From positions 434,001 to 498,000 of the forward strand of contig NW_026781993.1 of the NCBI RefSeq assembly GCF_031769215.1: a stretch of DNA of 64,000 nucleotides. The letters are read 5' to 3'. The DNA comes from Ylistrum balloti (lineage: Eukaryota). The notes under the pieces are model-generated. The model was not told where the DNA came from. It was given only the letters and a program-made list of their open reading frames with translations, and made no database searches. Below are positions 62,640 to 64,000 of this stretch, one piece after another. Both the position numbers and the translations under genes were made by a program. How positions within the stretch are numbered: position 1 is the first letter of the stretch; each line of letters begins with the position of its first letter.

Positions 62640-64000
62640 GCAATAGGGAAGACATCAACGAGCAAGACAATTTAATACGAAAACTTGTCAATATCACAAA
62701 GAAAATTAACATATTGAAATAAGATATTTTCGGAACCAAGGAATAAATGTTATACTGTCTGAATATCTCACATAGATGCGATGACGAACAACAGAACGGT
62801 GTGGCAAGTCTGAGATACCAATTAAGGCTTACAAATCAGAAAATGGCACAACATGATACGGAGTACAAGTAACATGATACGGAGTACAAGTAACATGATA
62901 CGGAGTACAAACAACATGATACGGAGTACAAACAACGTGATACGGAGTACAAGCAACATGATACGGAGTACAAACAACACGATACGGAGTACAAACACTT
63001 AGACGAATCCATAGAACTTGTCGACTCTTCAAAAACAACGAGCTCAAAAAGATGGTTTCGGAGGACACAACATGGTGAATCAAGGGACACGACAGCAACA
63101 CATCCAACACAATCTATCAAACAGAATTCAAGTATTAAACGACACCAGCAACAATAAGCAAAAGAAAGTGAAACTGTCAATATATTTGCAAGTGACGGTA
63201 CGACAGACAAACGAGAAGCCAAAACAGATACCAGTTCATTGCCCTTCATCTGTGCAGAAAAATCTCATCTAGGAAAATCTACAAACGATAATATCAGGAG
63301 TAAACAGACACACGAGAAACCGAAACCCATACCAGTCCATTATATATTGTATTAGATGACGAAGCTATAAATGTGTCTGAACCTAGCCCTATAGTATGTT
63401 CTATAAAGGTCTCATCGTTGTCATCTTGGTGTAATACATTAAATTTTGTAAAATATGATTGGAAAAAATCCCTGTATGACGGTAGTGTTAATAGTTGTTT
63501 TCTGGAGTTGGAAAATAGCCTGAAGTTAATAGAAATTACCGACGGAAAATGGAAAAATGTTTAACGAATGTATAAAGATATTACTTCAGCTATAATACAA
63601 CCCTTTAACTCTACTTGGCTATAACAAAGTACAAAATTTACTTAAAACCATATTGGTCGAAAGAATTGTCAGAAATATACACTACTGTATAAGTCAAAAG
63701 ACAAACACGGATAAATGAAGGGAAACCTCGAAATTTCCTGCAGCACAGAGAGTAAAACGTCTTTTAGAAGAAAGCCTCTGGGCCATTCAATAGGTCTGAT
63801 CAGTTTAATGAAATAGAAAAATATAGTGAACTTGACCAGAATTTATTCTGACAGTTATACAAAGGAAAATCATGTAAAAACAGAGCACTTCAGATGGAAA
63901 TGAAATACAACAATGTGATGTTACGAGACCTTGCAAAAACATGGGCGTCACATCTCGAAAATTTGTTCCATGGTAAATCAAACGAAGAATTAGACAACAC
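62640..64000 (+). mobile_element. Decayed LINE remnant (ORF1-like part, end of endonuclease, EN-RT linker), running off the window
   Basis: Conceptual peptides LSNRIQVLND (NRF.VL-like ORF1 motif), NVSEPSPIVCSIK (degenerate SDH.P end of an APE endonuclease) followed by KYDWKKSLY, and DLAKTWASHLENLFHGKSNEELDN (W..HF..L linker). Many stops. Similarity judged by eye only. Confidence 0.4.
62850..62996. repeat. 21-bp minisatellite, 7 copies
   Basis: Unit aacatgatacggagtacaa(g/a)(t/c). It accounts for the CTPYHVV and CCLYSVS repeat ORFs on the minus strand. Confidence 0.92.

Noticed and set aside
7701-62996. Tandem arrays as possible CRISPR arrays
   Set aside because: Units are contiguous with no unique spacers, there are no cas genes, and the context is intron-containing animal DNA.
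62829-63249. Minus-strand ORFs with CTPYHVV and CCLYSVS repeats
   Set aside because: Translations of the 21-bp minisatellite.

Overview
Eukaryotic, AT-rich, intron-rich animal DNA, most likely a lophotrochozoan such as a bivalve mollusc (inferred from repeat style and protein similarity). I could assemble three complete protein-coding genes by hand with consistent splice phases. (1) DLEC1/CFAP81, a motile-cilia protein, minus strand, 36 coding exons, 28361->7236, about 1708 aa. (2) RAB30, minus strand, 4 coding exons, 37555->35440, 202 aa. (3) PCF11, the 3'-end processing and termination factor, plus strand, 15 coding exons, 39438->60705, about 1943 aa. RAB30 and PCF11 are head-to-head across a compact promoter, the same neighbour pair as in human 11q14. 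The rest is decayed LINE fragments, tandem-array repeat elements, several minisatellites and one assembly gap. Most notable: (a) PCF11 intron 1 has a very weak donor followed by a candidate short terminal exon and poly(A) site, resembling the autoregulatory intronic polyadenylation described in vertebrates; (b) a perfect 90-bp tandem duplication of a DLEC1 exon-intron boundary creates four extra donor/branch-point/acceptor cassettes; (c) PCF11 carries a roughly 257-aa beta-rich module of about seven 35-aa repeats where vertebrates have FEGP repeats. All gene models and homology calls are manual and from memory of the families; no database search was run.
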